From positions 23,864 through 87,863 of the IMG/VR virus record IMGVR_UViG_3300036766_000184: a DNA stretch of 64,000 bases; one strand, written 5' to 3'. The notes below the pieces were generated by a model. It was not told the origin of the DNA, made no database searches, and saw only the letters and a list, made by a program, of their open reading frames with translations. Shown here piece by piece: positions 29,776-39,675 of this stretch. The position numbers and the translations under genes were made by a program. This DNA is from a virus. How positions within the stretch are numbered: the first letter of the stretch is position 1; every line of letters begins with the position of its first letter.

Positions 29776-30450
29776 ATGAGCACGCCGATCTTGATCTTGT
29801 TCGGGACATGGGGAAGGGCGCAGCAGTGGTACAAGCCGAACTCGCCGCTATGGACTGCGCTTGAAGCGCGCGGCTTTTCTCCAATCGTCTGCCCCTGGTC
29901 TGGCTTCTTGGGTGGCTACCACCACCCGATCATCGTTCCGCCCGCCTCCGACATTCGCGGCACGCTGGAGTTGTGGCGCTCAGAAGCGGAGAAGGCCGCG
30001 CTGTTCTGCAAGACCATCGGCCTGGAGCGGCCACATGTGATTTCACATTCTCATGCGATCAACCTCGTGGCCTTCGCCGCCGCGGGCACGGACTTCACGC
30101 CGCCCCAGCCATTCGCGACCGTGCTCAGTATTTCTGGTCCCATCCGTCAGGACATGGCGTTCACGCGCGCGCAGGCCAAGCTGAACATCCAGAAGTGGAT
30201 TCAGGTGACCGATCCCAAAGACGACCACACGATCCGTCAGGGCGAGTTCCTTGACGGCCACATCGGCTGGAACTACCACCTCCCCGAGGCCGACGTGAAC
30301 ATCGACGCGCCGGGCTGGGGGCATTCCCGGCTCACGGTGGAGATCGAGCCCGCGTGGACGGACCTCGGCCTGTGGCGGGAGCTGGTTCCTGAGACGCCAG
30401 CCCCTCCAGCCGTGGTACATTTCGACCCGCCCTATCTCGACCGCGCCTAG
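29776..30450 (+). CDS. Alpha/beta hydrolase (lipase/esterase-like)
   Basis: ILILFGTW, nucleophile elbow HVISHSHA, DPKDD, WGHS. Confidence 0.7.
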   Translation: MSTPILILFGTWGRAQQWYKPNSPLWTALEARGFSPIVCPWSGFLGGYHHPIIVPPASDIRGTLELWRSEAEKAALFCKTIGLERPHVISHSHAINLVAFAAAGTDFTPPQPFATVLSISGPIRQDMAFTRAQAKLNIQKWIQVTDPKDDHTIRQGEFLDGHIGWNYHLPEADVNIDAPGWGHSRLTVEIEPAWTDLGLWRELVPETPAPPAVVHFDPPYLDRA

Positions 30451-30471
30451 CCGTTCTACGAAAGCGAGGTG

Positions 30472-30537
30472 ATGCAGATGGATACCCCGAAGCCCGATCC
30501 GAAGCCGAAGCCCGAGCCGGAGCCTCAGTCTCCGTAG
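30472..30537 (+). CDS. 21-aa Pro-rich micropeptide (MQMDTPKPDPKPKPEPEPQSP)
   Basis: GAGGTG RBS directly upstream; below the ORF-track size cutoff. Confidence 0.4.
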   Translation: MQMDTPKPDPKPKPEPEPQSP

Positions 30538-30549
30538 CGGGGTATGGTC

Positions 30550-30704
30550 TGCGCGCTGAGCATCCCGGTGAGAACGGGAGCGGTCCTTCAACAGCCGAGG
30601 CGGCGCAACGGCATATGGCGCCGTGAAATCCGGGACCGTCTGGCAACCTCCTCGGCGACAGTTTCGCCGGGCACCGGGTTTGAATCCCGGCCAGCGCGCA
30701 ACCA
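30550..30704 (+). ncRNA. Enlarged tRNA-like RNA
   Basis: 9-bp terminal stem tgcgcgctg/cagcgcgca + ACCA; T-arm ccggg-TTTGAAT-cccgg; D-like arm tcccg/cggga; cggtcc/ggaccg arm; 8-bp variable-like arm. Confidence 0.55.
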
Positions 30705-30734
30705 TTGACAGGCCGCATGAGTTCACGGTAGTCT
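30705..30734 (+). promoter_or_regulatory. Promoter with (A)TGAGTTCAC operator
   Basis: TTGACA, 18 bp, TAGTCT; motif at 30717-30726. Confidence 0.65.
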
Positions 30735-30742
30735 GTCTCCCG

Positions 30743-31096
30743 ATGGCACGACAAGTCAGGATGTCCCGACCGCTTGCGTCGTACCCGCTCCTCGTCGTCT
30801 TGCGCGACCGCGCCGAGGCGTTCGCTCGATCCCCCGACGATGCGCCCTTGACCGTCCGTGAGATCAACGACCTGGAGGCGCGCGAGAAACACGCGCTCGT
30901 CGACCTGCGGAACCTGATCTCGCTCCACGGCCTTCGTCAGGACGTGATCGCCCGGGCCTGTAAGGTGGACCGCACGATGGTCAACAAGGTCTGGAACTCC
31001 GGCAAGGGCGGGCGCGAGCGCCAGTGGACCCGGAGTCAGCGGGTGGTGGCGGCGACGTATCGGGCGCTGGAGTCCGCGGGATGGATTCCGGCATGA
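30743..31096 (+). CDS. HTH (Cro/XRE-like) transcriptional regulator
   Basis: GLRQDVIARACKVDRTMVNKVWNSG helix-turn-helix. Confidence 0.65.
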   Translation: MARQVRMSRPLASYPLLVVLRDRAEAFARSPDDAPLTVREINDLEAREKHALVDLRNLISLHGLRQDVIARACKVDRTMVNKVWNSGKGGRERQWTRSQRVVAATYRALESAGWIPA

Positions 31097-31374
31097 CCTC
31101 GCGCATCCGAGCGCTGGTAGAGATGGAGACGACGATCAAGGATCGCTACCTCGGGCGCGCAGTCGAAGGGGTCATCGTGCCGCCCGTGAATCACTTCCGC
31201 GTGCTCATAGATCGCTCGATTGAGCAGGAGGAGCGCGGCGAAGATCCAGTGCTGTTGCTCCTGACCGCCATGGCGGTCACGACCGATCTTGTCAATGGGC
31301 TGGCGGCCGAAGTCGTGGACGCGCGTCGCGTAGCCGAAGCGGCGACTCTCATCGCTGAATCGTGCGTCCGATGA
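31093..31374 (+). CDS. Hypothetical protein
   Basis: ATGA-coupled ORF. Confidence 0.55.
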   Translation: MTSRIRALVEMETTIKDRYLGRAVEGVIVPPVNHFRVLIDRSIEQEERGEDPVLLLLTAMAVTTDLVNGLAAEVVDARRVAEAATLIAESCVR

Positions 31375-31513
31375 TCGGCCGACCGTACCACCCGACACCG
31401 CCCCCCGCCTCCGTGCCACGCGAAGTTGCCCGCGCGGGCAGTGCGGTATTCCTGCTCGGCCTTCTCGTGCTGATCGCAGTCGCGCTCGTCAGCTAGCCGC
31501 CCAGCCTTTCCGC

Positions 31514-31543
31514 TTGACAATCGGAGTGAGTTCACAGTACATT
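31514..31543 (+). promoter_or_regulatory. Promoter with GTGAGTTCAC operator
   Basis: TTGACA, 18 bp, TACATT; motif at 31526-31535. Confidence 0.75.
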
Positions 31544-31565
31544 TCCTCGTAGTAGGAGGAACGAC

Positions 31566-32675
31566 GTGCCCATTCATGGCCTATCGGACAAGCGGCGGTT
31601 GGTTCGCCTCGGAAAAATCAAGATGGGGGTCATGGTGCAGCCCGCGCAGGGCAAGCCCTACCCCCGCGCAACCGACTTCTTCGTGGTCCCCGACTCCGTA
31701 CAGAAGGTCTACGGCGAGAAACCGCGCGCGCTCGGGATCATGCTGCCATCAGACAGCCCCGACGAGGTCTTTCCGCAGGAACTGAAAGCCTACAAGGCTT
31801 CGGGTCTTTTCTGCGCCGGGGACAACCGCGTCGCGAAGCGCTGGCATGAAGGCAGGCTGGTCGAGCGCCCCTGCCCGTGCGAGATGTTGGACTCGGGAGA
31901 GTGTCAGCCGACCGCGACCTTGAACGTGATGCTCTACAGGGTCGCCGGACTCGGGGTCTGGCAGCTCACCGTGCGCCAGGAAGCGGCCATCATCGAGATC
32001 AACACGACCCTGGAGAAGTTCACGACCATGTTCGGCGGGCTCCGCGGCATCCCGTTCGTCCTCCGGTTGGAGCAGGTCCAGCGCCAGCGGTACGACGAGA
32101 AGACGAAGGCGATGGTCAAGGTCATGGTCTGGACACCAAAGATCGACACCGAGATGACCCTTGAGGAGATCTTCACGTCCCGCAAGGCCCTCGGCGCCGG
32201 CGTCGATCGTCTCATGCTACCCGCCATGGGCGAGATCGAGGAGGACGACCACCCAGTCACGACCTCCGAAGCCACTGAGAGCCCCCAGGGGGCCGTCGAA
32301 GACGCCACCCTGACCCAGATGGCACCCCCAGCCGAGATCGTGGCCCCTGCCGCCACCACGCCTGCGACAGACCTCTTCCCGGCCCCTGCCGCCAGCCAGC
32401 ACGACGACCCGGCCCCGCCGGCCGCTGCCCAGGGCAAGGTCGAGGGTGCCGGCCTGCTGATGGACGAGTGTTTCGAGCTGGCCCAGAAGCTCGACGTGGA
32501 TGCCGCGACCTACCGGGCCTATCTTCAGGCGATCCACGGGACGGTCGACCTGCCCCACGAGTCGGCCGCGACCGAGATCGAGCGGCTCCGGGACGCGATG
32601 AAGAACCCAGGTACGGCAGGCGCGGCCAAGGCGGCCATGAAGGCCGGGGCGAGGAAGATCGGTGGCGGACGATGA
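31566..32675 (+). CDS. Gp3-like recombination protein (recombination directionality factor-like family)
   Basis: RLGKIKMG...YPRATDFF, YGEKP..L.I.LP, LFCAGD, C.C....C, GLGVWQL, GIPFVLRL; AGGAGG RBS. Confidence 0.75.
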   Translation: MPIHGLSDKRRLVRLGKIKMGVMVQPAQGKPYPRATDFFVVPDSVQKVYGEKPRALGIMLPSDSPDEVFPQELKAYKASGLFCAGDNRVAKRWHEGRLVERPCPCEMLDSGECQPTATLNVMLYRVAGLGVWQLTVRQEAAIIEINTTLEKFTTMFGGLRGIPFVLRLEQVQRQRYDEKTKAMVKVMVWTPKIDTEMTLEEIFTSRKALGAGVDRLMLPAMGEIEEDDHPVTTSEATESPQGAVEDATLTQMAPPAEIVAPAATTPATDLFPAPAASQHDDPAPPAAAQGKVEGAGLLMDECFELAQKLDVDAATYRAYLQAIHGTVDLPHESAATEIERLRDAMKNPGTAGAAKAAMKAGARKIGGGR

Positions 32676-32883
32676 GCGGTCGAGTTGCCCGCGGCGGGCA
32701 GTTGGTTCCACCGGGCCCCATGACCGACCTCGCCGCCGCCCTCATAGTCCTTCACGCTCGGGGCTTCGCCTCCTGCTACGGCCTCGTGCCGGACACGGAG
32801 ACGCCGGAGGAACGGCACGAACGGTTGCGGCATGGGTTGCCCTCGCCTCACGGGGCGCGAGTGACGACGATGGAGGAGCGGCC

Positions 32884-33204
32884 ATGAGGAAGCTGCGGGT
32901 ACTGAATCTCTATAGCGCGGCGTACGCGTCCGGCCACGAGCCCGAAGTGTATTCGGATCGCGTCGTGCTTCGGCTCTACGGCAACCCCTCCTCGTCGGGC
33001 TATCGACAAGTCGTGCGCGTGCATCTCGAGTGGGGCGCGCTGCCGTGGCTCATGCGAAAGCTGTGGGCGGCGTGGTGGCGGCACAAGGCGGATGTCCTTC
33101 GGAATCTGTCATGGATCGAGCGGGAGCTGGCCGGGGCCGGCGTCGAGAAACCGAAAGAGTTGACGACGTCGGACCGGGAGCGCGGGGAGGCGGTGGGGGC
33201 GTGA
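32884..33204 (+). CDS. Hypothetical protein
   Basis: GGAGGAG RBS; coupled ORF chain. Confidence 0.55.
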   Translation: MRKLRVLNLYSAAYASGHEPEVYSDRVVLRLYGNPSSSGYRQVVRVHLEWGALPWLMRKLWAAWWRHKADVLRNLSWIERELAGAGVEKPKELTTSDRERGEAVGA

Positions 33205-33518
33205 GCGCGAAGGACTGGCGGATGGTCGCGCCGTGCGAGACGTGCCCGTTCTCAGATTCCGAGGGCGGCACGCGCATGCGCCGGTCGCTGCGACCCGGAC
33301 GCGTGGCGAGCATCAAGCGCGGGCTCCTGCGCGGCGACGCGTTCCATTGCCACAAGACGGTCGGACACGACGACGAGGATGAGGCCGTCATCGGGGCCGG
33401 CGCCCGACTGTGCGCCGGGGCGTTGGCGTGGCAGAACGGACGCGGCGCGTCGTCCAACTATCAGCGCGTCTGCGAATCGCTCGACTACGTCGCGGAGCGG
33501 CGAAAGGCGCGCCCGTGA
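33201..33518 (+). CDS. Cys/His-rich hypothetical phage protein
   Basis: PCETCPF...FHCHKT...LCAGA. Confidence 0.65.
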   Translation: MSAKDWRMVAPCETCPFSDSEGGTRMRRSLRPGRVASIKRGLLRGDAFHCHKTVGHDDEDEAVIGAGARLCAGALAWQNGRGASSNYQRVCESLDYVAERRKARP

Positions 33519-34006
33519 ACGTGACGCCAGCCGAGTACGCCCAATTGCAGGCGCGGGCTCAGTCACCCGTGCGTGAGGGTTGGCGAGACGGCGCGTTGAG
33601 CGTTTTTGTCCCCGGCATCCCCTACAACTTCAAGAGCGGCGGGCAGACGACCCGCGGCGGCTTGATGAAGCATCGTCGGCTCGTGAAGGAATGGCGGGAG
33701 CGGACGGCGGATCGCATCTTCGCCGTCATGTCGGAGAACGACCTCGGCGAGAAACGCGCACCCTTCCTCGCCTGGAAACAGAGCGACCCGAAGCGCGTGA
33801 CGTTCACGGTCTACTCGCGCAACGCCTTCGACAGCGACGGACGCGAAGTCTGCTGTTCGCCGTCGCGCGATGCGTTGAAGGATATGCACCTCGTGACCGA
33901 CGACCGCGACTCCGCGGGCAATGTTTTCATCTACGAACAGATCACGAGCCGGAAGGCCACGTTCGTTCGCGGCATCGCGATCCGCATCGAACTGAGAAAG
34001 GACTGA
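33515..34006 (+). CDS. RusA-like Holliday junction resolvase (divergent)
   Basis: VFVPGIP...FDSDG.......RDALKDMHLVTDD...GIAIRIE. Confidence 0.55.
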   Translation: MNVTPAEYAQLQARAQSPVREGWRDGALSVFVPGIPYNFKSGGQTTRGGLMKHRRLVKEWRERTADRIFAVMSENDLGEKRAPFLAWKQSDPKRVTFTVYSRNAFDSDGREVCCSPSRDALKDMHLVTDDRDSAGNVFIYEQITSRKATFVRGIAIRIELRKD

Positions 34007-34007
34007 C

Positions 34008-34304
34008 ATGAGACAGAGAGTCATGAGACAGAGAGCAGTGCTCGTCACGACGAGTCATCGCGGTGTGTTCTTCGGCTACGAGCAAACCTCGCTGAAGCGC
34101 GGCAACGTGACGCTCACGGATGCACGGAACTGCTTGTATTGGTCGGCGGACGTGAAAGGATTCATGGGGCTAGCCGCGAGCGGCCCGAGCAAGTCCTGTC
34201 GGGTCGGCCCCGCCGTCAAGTCGATCACATTGACCGGCGTCACTTCCGTGGCTGCTGTAAACGCTGACGCCGAAAAGCGGTGGACTGATGCCGCCTGGAG
34301 CTAA
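34008..34304 (+). CDS. DUF6948-like phage protein
   Basis: VLVTTSHRGVFFGY...LTDARNCLYWS...GLAASGP. Confidence 0.75.
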   Translation: MRQRVMRQRAVLVTTSHRGVFFGYEQTSLKRGNVTLTDARNCLYWSADVKGFMGLAASGPSKSCRVGPAVKSITLTGVTSVAAVNADAEKRWTDAAWS

Positions 34305-34836
34305 GGCGGCAGTAGCGTTCGGCTCCGGCTCCGTCTCCGGCGACGGCTACGGCGACGGCTACGGCGACGGCTACGGCGACGGCTCCGGCTCCGGCTCCGG
34401 CGACGGCGACGGCTCCGCCTACGGCGACGGCTCCGGCTCCGGCTCCGGCTCCGGCGACGGCGCTTACTGGCGCGCCGCGATTGCGTCCTATGTCGGCCGC
34501 TGGACACCTGCCCAACGAGACCGTATGCGCGTACTCAAGCGGCAGGGCGCGACCATCGCCTACTGGCAGTCGGATGCGAACGGATTACCGGCGAACGGCG
34601 GGGCTTGGGCTTCGGTTGGCCCCGCTGAGGCAGGGCTTATTCAGCGCACCCTCGGCCCGCTGAGTCTCTGTGAGGCGGGCACGCTCCACGCCACGCTGAT
34701 CCCGCCGAAGTGGGCAGGAACGCGCCGGTGGATTGTCGCGCTCACCGGCACGGTGGTCGGCGACGAAGACAAGTACGGCGCGCTGACTCGTGAAATCTTG
34801 GGCGAGGCGATCGGCCAGAACCAAGGAAAGGACTGA
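34288..34836 (+). CDS. Protein with N-terminal GDGY/GSGS repeats
   Basis: GDGYGDGYGDGYGDGSGSGS; C-terminal LCEAGTLHAT; usual partner of DUF6948 genes. Confidence 0.7.
   Translation: MPPGAKAAVAFGSGSVSGDGYGDGYGDGYGDGSGSGSGDGDGSAYGDGSGSGSGSGDGAYWRAAIASYVGRWTPAQRDRMRVLKRQGATIAYWQSDANGLPANGGAWASVGPAEAGLIQRTLGPLSLCEAGTLHATLIPPKWAGTRRWIVALTGTVVGDEDKYGALTREILGEAIGQNQGKD
34321..34462 (+). repeat. 6/12-bp coding tandem repeats (ggcgacggctac, ggctcc)
   Basis: Directly visible. Confidence 0.9.
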
Positions 34837-35587
34837 CATGCCCGTCACCCTGAAGGATCTCCGCGCGTCGGCTCTCGACCGTGGACGCCAGTGCGCCGAG
34901 TTCGCGTATGAGTCAACGTGCGATCCGTCGCGCCCATTTGCCGTCGTCACCGCGAGGAGCGGCGTCAAGTACGAACGCTGTACGTGCGGCATCGTGACCG
35001 AAGTCCGGCCCGAGGCGGCGGCGCAATGACCTTCCTTCACCTGCCCGCGGGCGTCATCCTCGGCTACCCGCCCGAGCTGCCGCTCTCGCTCGTCGTGCAC
35101 GGCATCGGCGCGCTCATGACGGTGGTCCTCATCGTGGTGGCGTGGCGCGTGTGGCGGGGATGATGGGCCAGATCACCGAGGACATCCTTGACGGCTCTCA
35201 GTGCAGCGGATGCGGCGTCTGTTTCGAGACGGAGCACGGCTATCCGGTGCTCTGCGGTGATTGCTGGTATCGCGCCGAGCACGAGGCACGGCACGGAATG
35301 CAGCGCGCGACGAAGCGGGAACTGTGATGCCCCGCCGCATCACGAACCGCCGCCTCCTCGCGGCATTCCTCGCCGGCCGCTCTGTCCTCGGGCTGGCGCG
35401 GACGTACGGGAGGACGGTCGCGCAGATCGAGGCGCGGCTGCGGCGCGCGGCGAAACCGTGGTGGGCGCGAGTTCCCCGCGCGGAAGCCGGGAGCGATGAA
35501 CGGATGACCCGCGCGCAAATCTTCCCGTCGCCGAGTTGTTCGCATGACCCTCACCCTCGCGCCTGAGTGCACAGGAAAGGATCGACG

Positions 35588-36028
35588 ATGAGCCGCTACG
35601 CCGAAGGCACCGCCGTCCCCGTCGAACGCAGCGAGGCCGAGATCAAGCGCGTCCTGCAACGCTACGGCGCGGAAAAGATCGGCATCATGTCGGAGCCGAC
35701 GAAGGCCACGATCTATTTCGGCGTGAAGGGGCGCGACGTACAAATGGCGCTCCCGCTCGTCCGCAAGGGCGACGCCAGCAAGAAGGGGCAGGCGTGGACG
35801 GAGAACGCCGCGCAGGCGGAAGGCCGGCGCCGCTGGCGTGTCCTCGTGCTCACGCTCAAGGCGATGCTCGAAGCCGTCGAGTCGCAGATCACGACCTTCG
35901 ACGCCGTGTTTCTCGCGCACATCGCGCTCCCTGGCACGGGCCGCACGATCGGCGAGGAACTCGTGCCGAAGCTGCCGGAACTCTACAAGGGCGCATCGCT
36001 CCGCGCGCTGCTCGCGGAAAACCCATGA
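35588..36028 (+). CDS. Conserved hypothetical phage protein
   Basis: YAEGTAVPVERSEAEIKRVLQRYGA...WRVLVLTLKAMLEAVE...FLAHIALP. Confidence 0.75.
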   Translation: MSRYAEGTAVPVERSEAEIKRVLQRYGAEKIGIMSEPTKATIYFGVKGRDVQMALPLVRKGDASKKGQAWTENAAQAEGRRRWRVLVLTLKAMLEAVESQITTFDAVFLAHIALPGTGRTIGEELVPKLPELYKGASLRALLAENP

Positions 36029-36074
36029 CCCCCGCCCTCGCGCCCGATCGCGCGCGGTCAAGAAAGGACTAGCG

Positions 36075-37300
36075 ATGTCGAAGGTCCGCACGAACAGTTT
36101 GCGTCGCGATGCATTCTCCGTCTTCGCGCGGGCGATGGCGCGCTATCTCGACACGCAGGGGTGGACGGTGTTGGTCGCGGGCGGCGTCGGCATTGAGGCC
36201 CGGCCTCCGCTGAAATACAACTACCGCCTCGTGATGGACTTCACCGGAAAGAAACGAGTGACGCCATGACGGAGCCGAGCGCGATGGCGATGGAGCGGGC
36301 GCGGAATCTTGTGACCAGCATTGTGCGTAGCTCGGAAGGCGGATGCGGATGCAGCCTCGATCCGTGCGGCTTCCACGCGCCGTTCGTCACGCGGCTCCTC
36401 AGTTTCGCCGAGTCCTACGCGGCCGAGCGGGTGGAGGGGCTGCGGGGCGCTCTCGTACCCGCGTCCCCGCCGGCGCCAGGGCTGGAGTGATGGGGCGCGC
36501 TAGTGAGTGCCGCATCTACGCGATCCGGGATGGCTCCGGCGCGCCGATTCTCGTATGGGCGGACGTGCGCGTCACAGCCATGACGACGAAAATCATCTCG
36601 TCGTCGGATCGGGAGGCGTGGGGCTTCAAGACGTTCCTCAGCCACTATGTGCGATATGCGCGCTCGCCGTCCGAGGCGTGGGCGGGTTACGCAGACCAAC
36701 TACGAGACACCATCCGTGAGCATACCGCGCAGATCGCGCGGTGTCGCGCACTGATCCCCCTCGCTGAGGCATCCGCGAAGGCATCCGTGCTAGACGCGCC
36801 GACGGCGGATACCTTGGAGATCGCCCCGCCCATGACGCCCGCTGAGCCGAGGGAGGAATGATGCGATGAGCCACGAAGACGCCACGCTGGAAGAGGTGTC
36901 AGACGCCTACCTCGCGCAGATCGCGCACACGGATTTCGTGCGCGCGGAATATCAGCGACGACTCGCCACCCTCCGCGCTCGCGTGGCGACGCTGGAGGGG
37001 GAACGGATGCGGGCGTTGGCTGAGCCGACGTGCGGGTGCCGAGTGACTCTCGCAGCTGGAGACTACGATGCACCAATGGTCGGGCACGGCGTGCGCGGAG
37101 AGATGATCTACGGTCGCATCGCCCAGTGCCCCCTGTGCGCGAGTGCGGGGGCACTGCGGGCGGCGCTGACCGATGTTATTGAGAGCGCCGTGGAGTTCGA
37201 CGACGATCGGGTCGGCTACGTCGTCATGCAGATCGACCGTGGTGATTTAGCGCGCGCGCAACGTGCTCTCGCCCCGACGCCGGAGACGCCCGCGCGATGA
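36075..37300 (+). CDS. Chain of four small hypothetical genes (36075-36269, 36266-36490, 36490-36861, 36866-37300)
   Basis: Stop/start overlaps and RBSs. Confidence 0.5.
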
Positions 37301-37377
37301 GGGGCTGGATAGCGTCCCCACATGGCGAGTAAGCGACGACTGAGGCGGAAGGAATGCTCCAAGAAGGAGAATATGTC

Positions 37378-38757
37378 GTGATCCTCGAAAAAGTTTTGGA
37401 CTACTACGAGTCTGACGATGTGGACATGAAGAAGCGCCGCAAGCCGGGCAGCGGCAATCCGACCGGCTCGGCCTTCGGTAAGTGCGCCGCCCAGATGGTC
37501 CTCCACCGCTACAAGGAGATCGGCAAGCCCGAGGAGTACCGAGCGCGCACGGTCATGACCTTCGAGGAAGGCGACCGCATTGAGGAGTGGCTCAAGGCTC
37601 GGATCGCGTCGGTCTACCCAGGGCTCGTCGGCGCCGCGCAGGGGCTCACCTACCTCGATGTCGATCTGGACGACGACGAGATCGAGGCGCTTCGTCCGCA
37701 CGTCGGCGGCGCGTGGGAAGATCCGCATCGCATCTGGGGCGAGGTCCGACACAACTTCCAAGGTGGACGGCCACGGGTGAGCGCCGATGGGAAACTCGTC
37801 GCGCGCCAGCTCAACCCCAAGGCCGGATTCATCCTCGATCCGGTCCAGAAGAAGCTCTGGGCGCCGATCTTCATCGACTTCGCCGCCAAGACCGAAGACC
37901 GCGGCCACGTCATCGTGGAGATCAAGTCCGTCAGCGACGGAACCTTCCGCCGGCTGCTGATGGGCGAGTTGGATGCCTCGAAGAAAGCGCAGGCGGCCGG
38001 GATCGTGGAGGCGACGGGGTTGCCGTTCGTGATGATCGCCTGCCGCAAGATGACTTCGCATCTACTCGAAATCTCCTACCTGCCGACACCGGGCGGGGAC
38101 ATCCAGGTGCGGCTCATGCGGACGAATCGGATGGTGGACGAGTTCCGGGTCAAGCCCGGCACCGATCTAGTCTTCACGCCCGACGGGAGCAAGGCGACGC
38201 TACCGAACGACCAGGGCTGGGAGATCGGCGAGGTGTGGACGCCGCACGATCCGGCGCTGCTCTCCGAGATCCGCGCCCGCATCAAGCGCGTTCTGCTCTG
38301 GCGTCCAGGCGACCCACTACCGCGTGAAGCTGGCCCGGATTTCGTCTGTCAGAAGTGCCGTGGCCTCGGTGATCGCGTCTGTGGCCAGTGCCACGGCACC
38401 GGCGTCACCGCGAAGCTCAAGAAAACGTGCGGCCCTTGCGGCGGCGCGAAAAGGGTCACGTGCGAGGCGTGCGACGGGAAGCGGCTGCTCGATGAGGTCG
38501 CGTTGCCGCCTATGCCATGTTCGTATTGCGGTGTAAAAAACGCCTGTCTCGGCGAGCCACTGATGGCTACCGGCATCGAGGACGCCTTTCGTCTCGAAGT
38601 CTCCGAGGGCAAAGCTCCTAAGTGGATCGTCAAGCGCGCGGCGTGGGAGAAGGCCGGGCTCAGCTATGTGACACCGCCGAGCCAGAGGAAGGCGTCGCTG
38701 ATAGTGGAAGGACCACCGTTGGCAGAACAGACGCCACTCATGGAGGTATCCGCATGA
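37378..38757 (+). CDS. Cas4-like PD-(D/E)xK exonuclease with inserted DnaJ-type Zn finger
   Basis: GSAFGKC; G..IEE; FIDF...IVEIKS; CxxCxGxG repeats; C-terminal CSYC....AC (alternative start 37354). Confidence 0.8.
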   Translation: MILEKVLDYYESDDVDMKKRRKPGSGNPTGSAFGKCAAQMVLHRYKEIGKPEEYRARTVMTFEEGDRIEEWLKARIASVYPGLVGAAQGLTYLDVDLDDDEIEALRPHVGGAWEDPHRIWGEVRHNFQGGRPRVSADGKLVARQLNPKAGFILDPVQKKLWAPIFIDFAAKTEDRGHVIVEIKSVSDGTFRRLLMGELDASKKAQAAGIVEATGLPFVMIACRKMTSHLLEISYLPTPGGDIQVRLMRTNRMVDEFRVKPGTDLVFTPDGSKATLPNDQGWEIGEVWTPHDPALLSEIRARIKRVLLWRPGDPLPREAGPDFVCQKCRGLGDRVCGQCHGTGVTAKLKKTCGPCGGAKRVTCEACDGKRLLDEVALPPMPCSYCGVKNACLGEPLMATGIEDAFRLEVSEGKAPKWIVKRAAWEKAGLSYVTPPSQRKASLIVEGPPLAEQTPLMEVSA

Positions 38758-39479
38758 CCACCATCGCCAAGATCATCCCACCGAACGTGACCCTGCTCGC
38801 GTTCTCACCCGCCGAGATGGCGACCGCGCAGGCGGACCTCATCCTCTGGGGCCGGCAGAAAGTCGCCACCGAGCAGGCCCGTGTCGACGAGTTGGAGGCC
38901 GAACTCGCCCGCGCCCGCTCGAATGCGTGGGGCTGGAAAAGCTGGGACGTTGAGGTCAAGCGCCAGAAGAAGCTCGTCGTCTACTACGGCAAGCTCCTGC
39001 GCGCCTTCCAGGCGGGCTACCTCGTGATCCCGGACTTCCCGATCCGCGCCTTCGCCATCAGGACGAACGCGCCGTCGCCCGACGAGCAGGGCTCGAAATG
39101 GCACGGCGACACGCGCTATCAGAAAGCGCGCCCGCTGCCGATCGGGGAAGGGCGCTACGTCTCACCCGAGCCCGTAGTCTACGAGAGCGAGCGGCCTGGC
39201 GAGAAGCCGGGGGAGATGACGAAGTGGTACTACGCGGGCGATTTCCGCGAGATCACCTTCCCGGGCCGGATGGTCAAGCCGGAGATCGTGGCCCAGACCG
39301 AGCGCGCGATGGCGCTGGAACTGTTCGACGAGGTGGGGTTGGTCGGGCCGGCGCCCGAGAAGAGGCGCGACCCCATCGTGGTCGGCCGCATCCTCGATCC
39401 GCGCGGGCCGCGCTATGAGTCGCCGCGTCGCGGCGTCAGTTATTTCATTTCCTGGTGGCTCGATTTATCCACGCTGTAG
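38754..39479 (+). CDS. Hypothetical protein
   Basis: GGAGGT RBS, ATGA overlap, high GC3. Confidence 0.7.
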   Translation: MTTIAKIIPPNVTLLAFSPAEMATAQADLILWGRQKVATEQARVDELEAELARARSNAWGWKSWDVEVKRQKKLVVYYGKLLRAFQAGYLVIPDFPIRAFAIRTNAPSPDEQGSKWHGDTRYQKARPLPIGEGRYVSPEPVVYESERPGEKPGEMTKWYYAGDFREITFPGRMVKPEIVAQTERAMALELFDEVGLVGPAPEKRRDPIVVGRILDPRGPRYESPRRGVSYFISWWLDLSTL

Positions 39480-39639
39480 CCACGCGACCCGCTGCCCGCC
39501 GGGCAGGGACCGCGCGCTCGCGTCGCCCTGTAGTGGCCCGTCCACGAGCGCTCTACAAGCCCTAGCGGCCAAACGATTTGCGTTGACTGGCGCCGACGAA
39601 GTTGCGTAGCGTGACCGCGCGATGGAGCCCATGAAAAGC

Positions 39640-39669
39640 TTGACACCGCACGCGGCGATTTCGTAAAGT
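39640..39669 (+). promoter_or_regulatory. Promoter of the replication operon
   Basis: TTGACA, 18 bp, TAAAGT. Confidence 0.7.
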
Positions 39670-39675
39670 CGGCTC

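Noticed and set aside
30544-30705. Y RNA (YrlA), cobalamin riboswitch, or strict bulge-helix-bulge intron
   Set aside because: The T arm is at the 3' end, unlike YrlA, and no Ro60 gene is present. Only T-loop-like fragments of the B12 consensus match. The bulges around ttca/tgaa are 5 and about 10 nt, not 3 and 3
30623-30742. N-terminal extension of the HTH ORF from GTG 30623
   Set aside because: Overlaps the structured RNA and the promoter; 30743 or 30761 is the more plausible start
34321-34462. Tandem repeats as possible CRISPR array or DGR repeat
   Set aside because: 6/12-bp in-frame coding repeats without spacers; no cas operon or reverse transcriptase in the window
37378-38757. Cas4 as evidence for CRISPR-Cas
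   Set aside because: Stand-alone phage PD-(D/E)xK exonuclease; no array or cas1/cas2
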